In this document: positions 52,619-61,712 of the stretch, one piece after another
How positions within the stretch are numbered: the first letter of the stretch is position 1
How the letters are laid out: each line of letters starts with the position of its first letter
NCBI GenBank assembly: GCA_043825735.1
Contig: JBDRRP010000004.1
Span: 1-64,000, forward strand
DNA from: Pseudomonadota bacterium
GTDB lineage: Bacteria > Desulfobacterota > Desulfobacteria > Desulfobacterales > JBDRRP01
Length of the DNA stretch: 64,000 bases
Reading direction: 5' to 3'
The notes under the pieces: model-generated
The model's input: only the letters and a program-made list of their open reading frames with translations
Database searches by the model: none
What the model was told of the DNA's origin: nothing
Made by a program: the position numbers and the translations under genes

Positions 52619-53689
52619 TCAGCGGATGTGCCGCATGACCTCTTCCATGACTTCTTCCGGGGAGGGGACTTCTCCGCCGCATTTGCCGTACCACTGCACG
52701 GGACACTTGCCCAAAATACTTCGCTGCACGTCCTCCACCATCTGCCCCATGCTCATTTCGATACTGAACGCCACCCGGCAGCTTTTTTTGGCCGCGGCGT
52801 CGTAAATGGCCTGCTCAGGGAAAGGAAACAGCGTCTGTGGCCTGATCATGCCGATCTCCACCCCTTGCGCCTTCAGGTTATCAATGGCGGTGCGGCACAC
52901 CCGGCTCATCGTGCCGTAGCTGACGATGAACGCTTCGTAGTCGCCGTCCATGTTATAGGGCTCGAATCGAATCTCCTCGCGGCGCATCCGGTCGTATTTT
53001 GCCTTGAGTTTCAAGTTCTGGGCGTTGAGCTGGTCGGGGACTAGGTACAAGGATTTTACCAGATTGCGGGTGGCGCTCTTGCGGGTGTCCATACCGCTGG
53101 TGGCCCAGGCGTCAGTGTTGATTTGTGCCACTGCCAGATCGTCTTTAAATTCCACCGGCTCCATCATCTGGCCGATGAGACCGTCACCCAGGATCATCAC
53201 CGGGTTCCGGTATTTTTCAGAAAGGGGAAAGGCCGCCATGACCATTTCGACGGCTTCCTGAACACTGGCCGGCGCCAGGACGAGAAGCCGGTAGTCGCCG
53301 TGCCCGCCCCCCTTGGTGGCCTGGAAATAATCTCCCTGGGACGGCAGAATGCCCCCCAACCCGGGCCCCCCGCGCATGATGTTGACAAACACCGCCGGAC
53401 ACTCCGCACAGCTGATATAACTGATCGCCTCGCTCATAAGGCTGACGCCCGGACTGGAGGAGGTGGTCATCACCCGGGCCCCGGCGCCGGCGGCGCCGAA
53501 AATCATGTACCCCACAGCCACCTCGCTCTCTCCCTGGAGAAAAACCCCGCCCACCTCGGGCATCCTGCGAGCCAGATATTCGGCCACCTCGGACTGGGGG
53601 GTGATGGGGTAGGCGAAGTAATTCAGACACCCTGCCCGGATGGCGGCTTCGCCGATCGCTTCATTTCCCTTCATCAGTACTTTGGCCAT
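52619..53689 (-). CDS. 2-oxoacid:ferredoxin oxidoreductase alpha subunit (VorB-like)
   Basis: GNEAIGEAA, YPITPQSE, TSSSPG, RGGPGLG, EMSMGQM. Confidence 0.93.
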   Translation of the reverse strand: MAKVLMKGNEAIGEAAIRAGCLNYFAYPITPQSEVAEYLARRMPEVGGVFLQGESEVAVGYMIFGAAGAGARVMTTSSSPGVSLMSEAISYISCAECPAVFVNIMRGGPGLGGILPSQGDYFQATKGGGHGDYRLLVLAPASVQEAVEMVMAAFPLSEKYRNPVMILGDGLIGQMMEPVEFKDDLAVAQINTDAWATSGMDTRKSATRNLVKSLYLVPDQLNAQNLKLKAKYDRMRREEIRFEPYNMDGDYEAFIVSYGTMSRVCRTAIDNLKAQGVEIGMIRPQTLFPFPEQAIYDAAAKKSCRVAFSIEMSMGQMVEDVQRSILGKCPVQWYGKCGGEVPSPEEVMEEVMRHIR

Positions 53690-53704
53690 GATCTCCTCCA
53701 CGCC

Positions 53705-53935
53705 CTACCGGGATGCCGTCTCTTCGGCCGTTTCAGTAATAGTAATCGCCACATCCGGACACATGATGCAGCATGCGGTGCAATGGATGCAGTCTTCGGG
53801 ACGGGCCTGGAACGCAGGGAAATACCCCTTTGTGTTGCCCTCTTTAGATATCTCCAATACGTTTTTGGGGCACACGGTCACGCACAGGCCGCAGCCCTTG
53901 CAGCGCTCCTTGTCGATGATATGTTGGTAAGTCAT
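53705..53935 (-). CDS. 2x[4Fe-4S] ferredoxin (delta subunit)
   Basis: CKGCGLCVTVCP and CIHCTACCIMCP. Confidence 0.95.
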   Translation of the reverse strand: MTYQHIIDKERCKGCGLCVTVCPKNVLEISKEGNTKGYFPAFQARPEDCIHCTACCIMCPDVAITITETAEETASR

Positions 53936-54024
53936 ACGCTGTCTCCTTCATTGTGCCCATTTCTGGTCGGACAAATTATCAAAGCCCCCCGCGGTGCCGT
54001 GCAGGCCGTCTTTCCGGCATGGCA

Positions 54025-54741
54025 TCAGCCGGAATGGGGTTCACCCATGGGAACCGCGGCCAGCCAAGGCGGAACCAATTGCCGATAGATGGCAAGCACC
54101 GGGCAGCTCAACGAATCGGTATCGAGCGCCGGCAACAAATGCGCCGGCGCTGTTACGAATGCCAGCGGTTTTCCGGCGGCATCGGCCAGATCCCGGCAAA
54201 ATCGATACCCGGCCATGATATCGGCCACCGTAGTGTCTGCCATCATGTGGGCATTGCCGATGTAGCCCGTAACCGACAGTCGTGCGCTCCGCTCTATCTT
54301 CGCCTGCATCTCACGGCAGCCATCAGCGGTAGTCGCCCCAGGCCGGTTCGGGTTGATCACCTGCCACACCTGCAACTGCCGCCCGGCAAGGCTGTCGGCC
54401 AGAGCCGCCAGAACCGTGACGCCGACACCTTCGCCCCCAAGGTCCAGGATCGTCAGCTCCCGGGGGGCACGGATCAGTCCACTGACCGCCGGCGTCAGGA
54501 TGGGCAGATCAGCGTTCAGATACATCGGCGGCGGCAAAACGAGGTCGATGCCCTTTTGCGCCAGCAGCAGGCGCACCTCGCGGGTTCTGAAATAAGGGTT
54601 CACCAGATCCAGATCCGCCACGGCGACGTCCTTGCCGGAGGCCTTTGCATGGAGGGCCAGATTGATGGTCACTTCGGTCTTGCCACTGCCGTAAGTGCCG
54701 ACGATGACGTTAATACCTGATACGTCTATGGCTCCCCCCAC
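54025..54741 (-). CDS. P-loop NTPase (MinD/ParA/CobQ-like) heading the oxidoreductase operon
   Basis: GTYGSGKTE, DLDLVNPYFRTRE, ILDLGG. Confidence 0.85.
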   Translation of the reverse strand: MGGAIDVSGINVIVGTYGSGKTEVTINLALHAKASGKDVAVADLDLVNPYFRTREVRLLLAQKGIDLVLPPPMYLNADLPILTPAVSGLIRAPRELTILDLGGEGVGVTVLAALADSLAGRQLQVWQVINPNRPGATTADGCREMQAKIERSARLSVTGYIGNAHMMADTTVADIMAGYRFCRDLADAAGKPLAFVTAPAHLLPALDTDSLSCPVLAIYRQLVPPWLAAVPMGEPHSG

Positions 54742-54925
54742 CGATCCCCCCCGTGGTGTGTCTCAAGGCAAAAAGTTTTTTTAAGTTGAAGCGCCATGTT
54801 TGTCAAGGCGTACCACGCGCCTCGACGGCGATTCTCACCGAGCGCCACCGGTCTTTTTCATTGTCTGCGGTTGTGATAGATAGCATCCGGGATGTTTTAC
54901 AGTGAACTGCTTTTATGGGACAAAT

Positions 54926-55060
54926 CATCCGAATCGAAATCGGGATCGGGATCGGGATCGAAATCGTAATGACGCGGTGCCTGAATACGGAAATGAACGC
55001 GCGCGCAACAAATCGATTTCGATACCGATAGCGATAGCGATAGCGATTTTGAATTCCGAT
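54926..55060. repeat. Hexamer-period palindromic element
   Basis: ATCGAAATCGGGATCGGGATCGGGATCGAAATCG ... CGATTTCGATACCGATAGCGATAGCGATAGCGAT. Confidence 0.8.
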
Positions 55061-55101
55061 AACAACTAAAGCTCAAAAAATGCGCTCCCGGAATTGACAC
55101 G

Positions 55102-56304
55102 ATGACACCGGTTCAGACAGGCCTGATGCATCTGCTCGACGACCCGCCCCGCTGGATCCGCAAGGCCCGCCTGGGGCTGCTCTGCAATCCCGCGGCCATT
55201 GATCACCGCTACCGGCACGCCCGTGAAGTCATCGCCCGCCGGTTTCCCGGGCAACTGGCGGCGCTGTACGCCCCGCAACACGGCTTTTTCGCGGAAAAAC
55301 AAGACAATATGGTGGAATCGGGACACATGACGGATCCACTCTCGGGGCTCCCGGTGTTCAGCCTCTATGGCGAGACCCGGCGCCCCACGGCCGACATGCT
55401 GGCGCCCATCGATATCCTGTTGGTGGACCTTCAAGACGTGGGCACGCGGGTATACACTTTTCTCACCACGCTGTCCTACTGCATGGAAGCCGCGGCATCA
55501 CTGGACAAACAGGTGGTGGTGCTCGACCGCCCCAATCCGGTGGACGGGGTGACGCTGGAAGGCAATCTGCTCCAGCCCGAGTGCGCCAGTTTCGTAGGTC
55601 GGTTTCCCATCCCTATGCGCCACGGCCTTACCATCGCGGAAGCGGCGGTCCTGTTCAACACGACCTTCGGCATCGGCGCCGAGTTGGATGTGGTCCCCAT
55701 GCGGGGCTGGCGGCGCACCATGCGGTTTGAAGAAACCGGGCTGCCGTGGGTGCCGCCGTCGCCCAACCTGCCGACGCCGGCCGCTGCCCTGGTCTATCCC
55801 GGGCAGGTCATCTGGGAAGGGACCAACGTCTCCGAAGGCCGCGGCACCACCCTGCCCTTTGAACAGTTCGGTGCCCCCTTTGTGGACACCCCGTCCCTGC
55901 TGGCGTCATTGGACCCCCAGTTCACCGCCGGGGTCATCCTGAGGCCGGTGACATTTCAGCCCACCGCCAATAAATGGCGCGATACGCCCTGCCACGGATT
56001 TCACATCCATGTGACGGATCCGTCCCTGTTCAGGTCCTACCCGCTGTCACTGGAACTGCTCCGGGCAATCTTCAAATGCCACCGAGACGACTTTAGGTGG
56101 CAGCCGCCGCCCTACGAGTACGAATTTGATCGGATGCCCATCGATTTGATCCTCGGCGATCCGGCCGTACGCGGCGCGATCGAAGGCGGCACCCCGGTCA
56201 GCGCCCTCGTGGCCGACTGGCAGCACGATCTTAACGCCTACGGCGAGCAACACCGCGCCGTAGCGCTATATCCATTCCCGGACCGGATGGCGTCAAGGGG
56301 ATGA
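55102..56304 (+). CDS. Exo-beta-N-acetylmuramidase NamZ family (DUF1343)
   Basis: PQHGF, VFSLYG, DLQDVGTRVYTF, VLDRPNP, RHGLTIAE, PSPNLP, VSEGRGT. Confidence 0.92.
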   Translation: MTPVQTGLMHLLDDPPRWIRKARLGLLCNPAAIDHRYRHAREVIARRFPGQLAALYAPQHGFFAEKQDNMVESGHMTDPLSGLPVFSLYGETRRPTADMLAPIDILLVDLQDVGTRVYTFLTTLSYCMEAAASLDKQVVVLDRPNPVDGVTLEGNLLQPECASFVGRFPIPMRHGLTIAEAAVLFNTTFGIGAELDVVPMRGWRRTMRFEETGLPWVPPSPNLPTPAAALVYPGQVIWEGTNVSEGRGTTLPFEQFGAPFVDTPSLLASLDPQFTAGVILRPVTFQPTANKWRDTPCHGFHIHVTDPSLFRSYPLSLELLRAIFKCHRDDFRWQPPPYEYEFDRMPIDLILGDPAVRGAIEGGTPVSALVADWQHDLNAYGEQHRAVALYPFPDRMASRG

Positions 56305-56312
56305 ATTTATGA

Positions 56313-56400
56313 TCACCACGGAGTCACAGAGGGCACGGAGAAACTCAAAAGCAGTTGATTTTAAATATAAAATCTCCGTGTCCTCCGTGACTCCGTGGTT
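56313..56400. repeat. 9-nt-period palindromic element with near-IHF site in its loop
   Basis: CACCACGGAGTCACAGAGGGCACGGAG ... CTCCGTGTCCTCCGTGACTCCGTGGTT. Confidence 0.82.
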
Positions 56401-56452
56401 CAATATCTCTGTGTGAAGAGACCTTTCGGCGCATTCCGCATAACCGTATACT

Positions 56453-56488
56453 AAAAAAAACGCCCCGCGGCATTGCCACGAGGCGTTT
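56453..56488 (-). terminator. Rho-independent terminator
   Basis: Minus strand AAACGCCTCGTGGCA-A-TGCCGCGGGGCG followed by a T-tract. Confidence 0.75.
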
Positions 56489-56525
56489 ATAATCAACTCA
56501 TTCGGCTATTAGAAAGAATCGCTGA

Positions 56526-56810
56526 TTAGGCTTTTTCTCCCTTGAGCGCGTCGATCTGCTTTTTCAGGTCCGCAATTTCATCTTTGTACTTATCGGCATC
56601 ACTGCCGGCGACGTCAACAGATTCAATCCCATCGTCCTTCTTCCACGTGTCCTTGAGCTCATCAAAACCCAGATAGAGCGCCAGTCCACCACCGAGCAGC
56701 AGCATGATCGGTACGGCTCCGGCCAGGAGCTGGAGAAACGGGCCGAACCAAACAGACAGCCCAATGAGACCCAAGACAGCTGCGACAGCACCACCAATTA
56801 ACGTTTTCAT
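56526..56810 (-). CDS. Small two-TM membrane protein with C-terminal coiled coil (MamI-like N-terminus)
   Basis: Strong AAGGAGG SD and its own terminator; MKTLIGGAVAAVLGLIGLSVWFGPFLQLLAGAVPIMLLLGGGLALYLG. Confidence 0.8.
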   Translation of the reverse strand: MKTLIGGAVAAVLGLIGLSVWFGPFLQLLAGAVPIMLLLGGGLALYLGFDELKDTWKKDDGIESVDVAGSDADKYKDEIADLKKQIDALKGEKA

Positions 56811-57141
56811 AAACAATAACCTCCTTTAATCGCTTGAATAATAAGTGGCTTGGTTGCTTTTTGCTTAACTGATCCGAACCGTAACGGCTGCTGCTGCGAG
56901 GGGGGTGCAATGCTCCCGGCTCCGGAAGCATTCGATCCGGTTCCCATTTTCCCGTTGGCAATTAAAGTGAGAAAGTACCATAGCAGTTTTGTTAAGACAA
57001 GGCAATTTTTAGGAGCCCGGGATCGCCGTTGATTCAGTATCTGAGATCTGATAATTTGATTACCGGCCACAGCGAATGCCAACCATGCCAGCGTCCCCAT
57101 TCGGGGATACGCTCATCTTACGAGACGGGAACAATCTGACC

Positions 57142-59802
57142 ATGAACGCACCGGAAGCGCCTGAACCACCGACAACCGCTACCCTCGCATCTCGCAGCAG
57201 CGACCTCTGGCGCCGCTTGGTCGACAGGGCACTGGGAGAAACCCACGATCACTATGCCTGCATCCTTCCCAGCCCACCCGGGAAAATTGCGGGCATTCTT
57301 CTCAAAACGGTCTACAAGGGCATCCGTATTCCCGCATCCCAGGCCGCCGTTCTCACGGCCATTCCCAAGGAAGCCGTCGTTGTGTATGCCGTCAAAAACA
57401 AGAGCCGCTTCGAGTACCTGTTTTACCACACGAGACTTCGCGAGTTCCAGGCGCCGGTTCCCGAAATCGCTTTCGAGTACCGAATCTTCAGCTACCAACC
57501 ATTTGTGCGGTTGCTGCAAATCGCACTGGCCAAGACCGACTACTTTCTGCGCCACCGCCGCCTGCCCGACCCCTACGCCAATGGTTATTTCAACGCGCGC
57601 CTGACTGACGGCACCGCCGGAGTTTTTTTTCTGGTGGAGAAAGAAGGATTTTACCGTCGTTTTGTCAAATCCAAGCCCGATCCCATCCGGTACCTGGTTA
57701 CGCTCCAGCGACAACTGGACCGCCCCGTTTACATCGTGCCGCTATTGATGCTCTTCGGCAAAAACCCGGCCCGAACCGCACCATCTCTGGTCGATATCCT
57801 CTTTGGCACCGAGTTGGAACCGGGGTTAATCCGCCGATGGGCCACCCTGTTGCGGCGGCCCGAAAAAATTCTCGTCGAAGTTTCCGCGCCATTCAACCTC
57901 CAGAGCCAGCTGGCGGACCTGAGTGGTTCAGAACACACTGAAGAGCAGGTGGCCATCGAGGTCAGACGGCGTCTGCTGGCGCAGTTCAACCGACACCTGA
58001 CCAGCATCGTCGGTCCGGTGGTCAAATCAAGGGAAGAGCTCAAGGAAAGCATCCTCACCTCCGGGCGGCTGCGCCAGTTTATGAAAGAATACGCCGAGAC
58101 GGAAAACACCCCCATTTATGAGGTCCGCAAAGACGCCGCCGGATACCTGGACGAGATTTCAGCCAACCAGCACCTGGCCATGATCCGAATCTTCGACGTC
58201 GGGGTTCGGTGGCTTCTCAACACCATGTTCGATGGGCTGACGCTGGATCAGGAGGGGCTGGACCGGGCCAAGCACCTGTCCCAGAAAGCACCCCTCATTC
58301 TGGTCCCCTGCCACAAGAGCCACATCGATTATCTGATCCTCTCTTATGTACTTTTCAATAACAACATGCACTGTCCGTTGATCGCCGCCGGAAAGAACCT
58401 GAGCTTCTGGCCGCTGGGTCCGCTCTTCAGAAGCGGCGGCGCATTTTTTATCCGCCGGACCTTCAAGGGACAGCAGCTCTACTCCAAGGTGTTCGCCGAG
58501 TATATCTATCGAGTGCTCCAGGACGGCAATAACCTGGAGTTCTTCATCGAAGGCGGCCGAAGCCGCACCGGCAAGATGATCCTCCCGAAACTGGGTCTGC
58601 TGTCGATCATCATCGATGCGTTCAAAAACGGCGCCTGCGACGACCTCATCCTTACGCCGGTCTACATCGGCTACGACCGCGTGCTGGAGGAGAGCGCCTA
58701 CCTGCATGAGTTGGAAGGCGGAAAAAAAGAGTCGGAAAACCTCAAGCAGGTGATCAAAGCCAGACGGTTTCTCAAAAAACGCTACGGCCGGGTGTACATC
58801 AAGTTTAACGAGCCCATCAGTTTCCGGGATTTCCTAAACCGTATGGACTCCCCGCTGGACGCCATTCCCCCGACGGCCGAGGCGGCCCTCATCCGCAATC
58901 TCGGGCATCGGATCATCAGTGCCATCAACTGGGTGTCGGTGGTCACCCCCCATGCCGTGGTGGCCGGGGCGCTGCTCAACACTCACAAAAAACGCATCTC
59001 TCACGAGCACCTCCTCTTCCACATCGAGACCTATTTAAAGTATCTGGACCGCATGGGCGCAACGCTCGCCGACACATTGGTCATCGACGCCGACGGCGCG
59101 ATTCAGCAGGTGCTCGACACCTATGTGCAACGAAAATTCATCGAGCGATTCGAACTGGGCAAGGACGATGAAGAAGAAAACCGGGTCTACGCGGTCGTCG
59201 AAAACAAACGGCCGAACCTGGAGTATTATAAAAACAACTGCATCGCCTTTTTCGTTACGCCGGCATTCACCGCGCTGGCCATCCTGCTTCGAGACGCCTT
59301 CCAGTTCGACGCCACCGACCTGGTCGAAGACTACCTGTTTTTCCAGGATCTTTTCAAAAACGAGTTCGCCTATGATACGGATCATCCGCCAGAGCACTTC
59401 GTCCGCCAGGCCATTGCCATGTTCGTTGACGACGCCGTGCTCATGCCGCACCCCAGCATGCCCGACACCTATAATATGACCTCCCAGGGATTTCGAAAAC
59501 TCAGGCTCGTGGCCGGTTTTCTGACCACCTACTTCGAGTCCTATCGGATCACCCTGTCCTTTTTCAAGGAGACGCCACGCAAAAATGTGGCCCCGAAGGA
59601 CCGGTTGAAAAAAATTGAAACCATCGGCAATCGCATGTACAAGAATGAAGAAATCGAGAAAAAAGAAGCGTTGTCAAAAGTCTACTACAAGAATGCCTCC
59701 GATTTCTTCATCAGTCGCGGCGTTGCCGGCAGCGAAGACATCGCCCTGATCGACACCTTTGACGAACGCATTCAGCGGGCGCTTCAGGTTCTGCTGACAT
59801 GA
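57142..59802 (+). CDS. plsB: Glycerol-3-phosphate acyltransferase (PlsB-like)
   Basis: HKSHIDY (HxxxxD), GAFFIRR, FFIEGGRSRTGK, PVYIGYD. Confidence 0.9.
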   Translation: MNAPEAPEPPTTATLASRSSDLWRRLVDRALGETHDHYACILPSPPGKIAGILLKTVYKGIRIPASQAAVLTAIPKEAVVVYAVKNKSRFEYLFYHTRLREFQAPVPEIAFEYRIFSYQPFVRLLQIALAKTDYFLRHRRLPDPYANGYFNARLTDGTAGVFFLVEKEGFYRRFVKSKPDPIRYLVTLQRQLDRPVYIVPLLMLFGKNPARTAPSLVDILFGTELEPGLIRRWATLLRRPEKILVEVSAPFNLQSQLADLSGSEHTEEQVAIEVRRRLLAQFNRHLTSIVGPVVKSREELKESILTSGRLRQFMKEYAETENTPIYEVRKDAAGYLDEISANQHLAMIRIFDVGVRWLLNTMFDGLTLDQEGLDRAKHLSQKAPLILVPCHKSHIDYLILSYVLFNNNMHCPLIAAGKNLSFWPLGPLFRSGGAFFIRRTFKGQQLYSKVFAEYIYRVLQDGNNLEFFIEGGRSRTGKMILPKLGLLSIIIDAFKNGACDDLILTPVYIGYDRVLEESAYLHELEGGKKESENLKQVIKARRFLKKRYGRVYIKFNEPISFRDFLNRMDSPLDAIPPTAEAALIRNLGHRIISAINWVSVVTPHAVVAGALLNTHKKRISHEHLLFHIETYLKYLDRMGATLADTLVIDADGAIQQVLDTYVQRKFIERFELGKDDEEENRVYAVVENKRPNLEYYKNNCIAFFVTPAFTALAILLRDAFQFDATDLVEDYLFFQDLFKNEFAYDTDHPPEHFVRQAIAMFVDDAVLMPHPSMPDTYNMTSQGFRKLRLVAGFLTTYFESYRITLSFFKETPRKNVAPKDRLKKIETIGNRMYKNEEIEKKEALSKVYYKNASDFFISRGVAGSEDIALIDTFDERIQRALQVLLT

Positions 59803-59807
59803 AGAAT

Positions 59808-59941
59808 TGATGAACCGGTAAAAAGGCGGAATCTCTCGCAAAGCCGCGAAGATCGCAAAGTTAACACATTGATATTAAATAAATTTTCCTTGGCGTGCTT
59901 GGCGCCTTTGCGAGAAAATTGCTTTTTTGCGAGTTTGTCAA
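59808..59941. repeat. Nested palindrome (outer TTGA...GTAAAAA IR, inner 9-nt-period arms, central IHF consensus)
   Basis: TTGATGAACCGGTAAAAAGG / CTTTTTGCGAGTTTGTCAA flank TCTCGCAAAG...CTTTGCGAGA; inverted copy of 33684-33820. Confidence 0.85.
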
Positions 59942-59969
59942 GGATTGGCCTGCAAACAGCGGCGATGAC

Positions 59970-61712
59970 ATGATGAAAGCCATGATCCTGGCGGCCGGTC
60001 TCGGCACAAGGTTGCGTCCGGCGACCACCCACACCCCCAAGCCGCTGTTTCCCATCGGGGGAACGCCGCTCATCGATTGCACCATCAACATGCTCGCCGC
60101 CGCCGGTGTCGGCGAGATCATGATCAACACCCACCACCTTCATCGGAAAATGGCGGATCACATCAACGGCCGCCGCCATCCGGTTCCGGTACACCTGATC
60201 CATGAACCGGAGATCCTGGGAACCGGCGGTGCCTTGAGAAACATCGCGGCATTCTGGGGAAATGCACCGCTGCTGGTGATCAACGGCGATGTGGTAACCG
60301 ATATCAATCTGAAGGCGGCGGCAGCCAGCCATGAGCGCAGCCGGGCAGCGGCCACCCTGGTGTGTATCGACCACCCGGAGATCAACACCGTGTCCGTAGA
60401 CAGTGATGACGCCATTCTTGGTTTCGGCACCCCGGAGCGGGGCTGGAGCGGCACACCGAGACGGCGCACCTTCACCGGCATTCAGATCGTTTCCCCGGTG
60501 TTCCGGGATTTTGTGCCGGCCACCGGGTACGCCTCCAGCATAGACGTCTACCGGGAGATGATCCGGGCCGGGCTGCCCGTCATGGCCTGGGACGCCGGCG
60601 ATGCCCTGTGGATCGATACTGGCACCCCCGTGCGCTACCAAATGGCCGTGATGGCATCGCTTCTTCCTGAGGCCTTTGAAAATGCCTTTGGAATCCGTCC
60701 TGCTGCCACAGACATTCACTGCCAGCCTTTGGCCGGCGACGGATCGGACCGGCGCTGGTACCGGCTCAGCCATAAGGCCGGCACCCTGGTGATGGTGGAC
60801 CACGGCATCCGGGAACGGGAGTCCGAAACCACTGAAGCCGATGCGTTCATCCACATCGCGCGTCACCTTTTCCGCTGCGGTGTGCCGGTACCGCGCATCC
60901 ATGCGGCCTGCGCCTTTTCCGGCATCGTGGTCGTGGAGGACGCTGGAGACGTCCACCTGCAGGAGGAATCGGTCACCAACCGGCCGCCGGCGGCGCTCGA
61001 GCGCCGCTACCGGAAGGTCATCGATGCCCTGGTTCACATGGCCACCGCCGGCATCAACGGCTTTGATACCCACTGGACATGGCAAAGCCCCCACTACGAC
61101 CGGGCTCTCATTCTCGAAAAGGAGTGCCGGTATTTTATGGAAGCCTACGTCAATGGCGTCGCCGGACTGACGACATGCTACAGCGACCTGCTGCCGGAGT
61201 TTTCCGCTCTGGCCGACGCGGCCCTTGAAAACGCAGTGATGGGCTTTTTACACCGCGATTTTCAGTCCCGAAACATCATGGTCTGCGGCCCGGACATCCG
61301 CATCATCGATTTTCAGGGAGGGCGCATCGGACCGCTGCAATATGATCTGGCCTCCCTTCTGTGCGACCCCTACATCACCCTGCCGCCGTCCCTTGCGGCA
61401 ACGCTTCTGGACTATGCCTTGGACCGGACGGCGGCCGCTGTGCCTGTCGATCCGGCGTCATTCCGGAGCGGCTTTCACCTGCTGTCCATCTGCCGGATGA
61501 TGCAGGCTCTGGGCGCTTACGGGTTTCTCTGGCGCGCCAAGGGCAAGTCCGATTTCCGGCAATATATTCCGGTGGCCCTGGATCGGCTGCGCAACCTGCT
61601 GGCGCACCTGGACAGGCCGGAACTACCCCAGCTGACGGCCCTGGTCGAAACGTTGTCGTCCCCTCGGCACGCACCGGACGACCGCGGCCCTGAAACACGG
61701 AGGACGCCATGA
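59970..61712 (+). CDS. Fusion of a MurU-like nucleotidyltransferase and an AmgK-like (APH-family) sugar kinase
   Basis: N-terminal KAMILAAGLGTRLRP...PKPL, GTGGAL, INGD, WIDTGT; C-terminal LAGDGSDRRWYR, HRDFQSRNIM, IIDFQ, YDLASLL. Confidence 0.88.
   Translation: MMKAMILAAGLGTRLRPATTHTPKPLFPIGGTPLIDCTINMLAAAGVGEIMINTHHLHRKMADHINGRRHPVPVHLIHEPEILGTGGALRNIAAFWGNAPLLVINGDVVTDINLKAAAASHERSRAAATLVCIDHPEINTVSVDSDDAILGFGTPERGWSGTPRRRTFTGIQIVSPVFRDFVPATGYASSIDVYREMIRAGLPVMAWDAGDALWIDTGTPVRYQMAVMASLLPEAFENAFGIRPAATDIHCQPLAGDGSDRRWYRLSHKAGTLVMVDHGIRERESETTEADAFIHIARHLFRCGVPVPRIHAACAFSGIVVVEDAGDVHLQEESVTNRPPAALERRYRKVIDALVHMATAGINGFDTHWTWQSPHYDRALILEKECRYFMEAYVNGVAGLTTCYSDLLPEFSALADAALENAVMGFLHRDFQSRNIMVCGPDIRIIDFQGGRIGPLQYDLASLLCDPYITLPPSLAATLLDYALDRTAAAVPVDPASFRSGFHLLSICRMMQALGAYGFLWRAKGKSDFRQYIPVALDRLRNLLAHLDRPELPQLTALVETLSSPRHAPDDRGPETRRTP

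Noticed and set aside
56526..56810. Magnetosome gene island
   Set aside because: No other mam or mad genes in the window; the neighbours are namZ and plsB.
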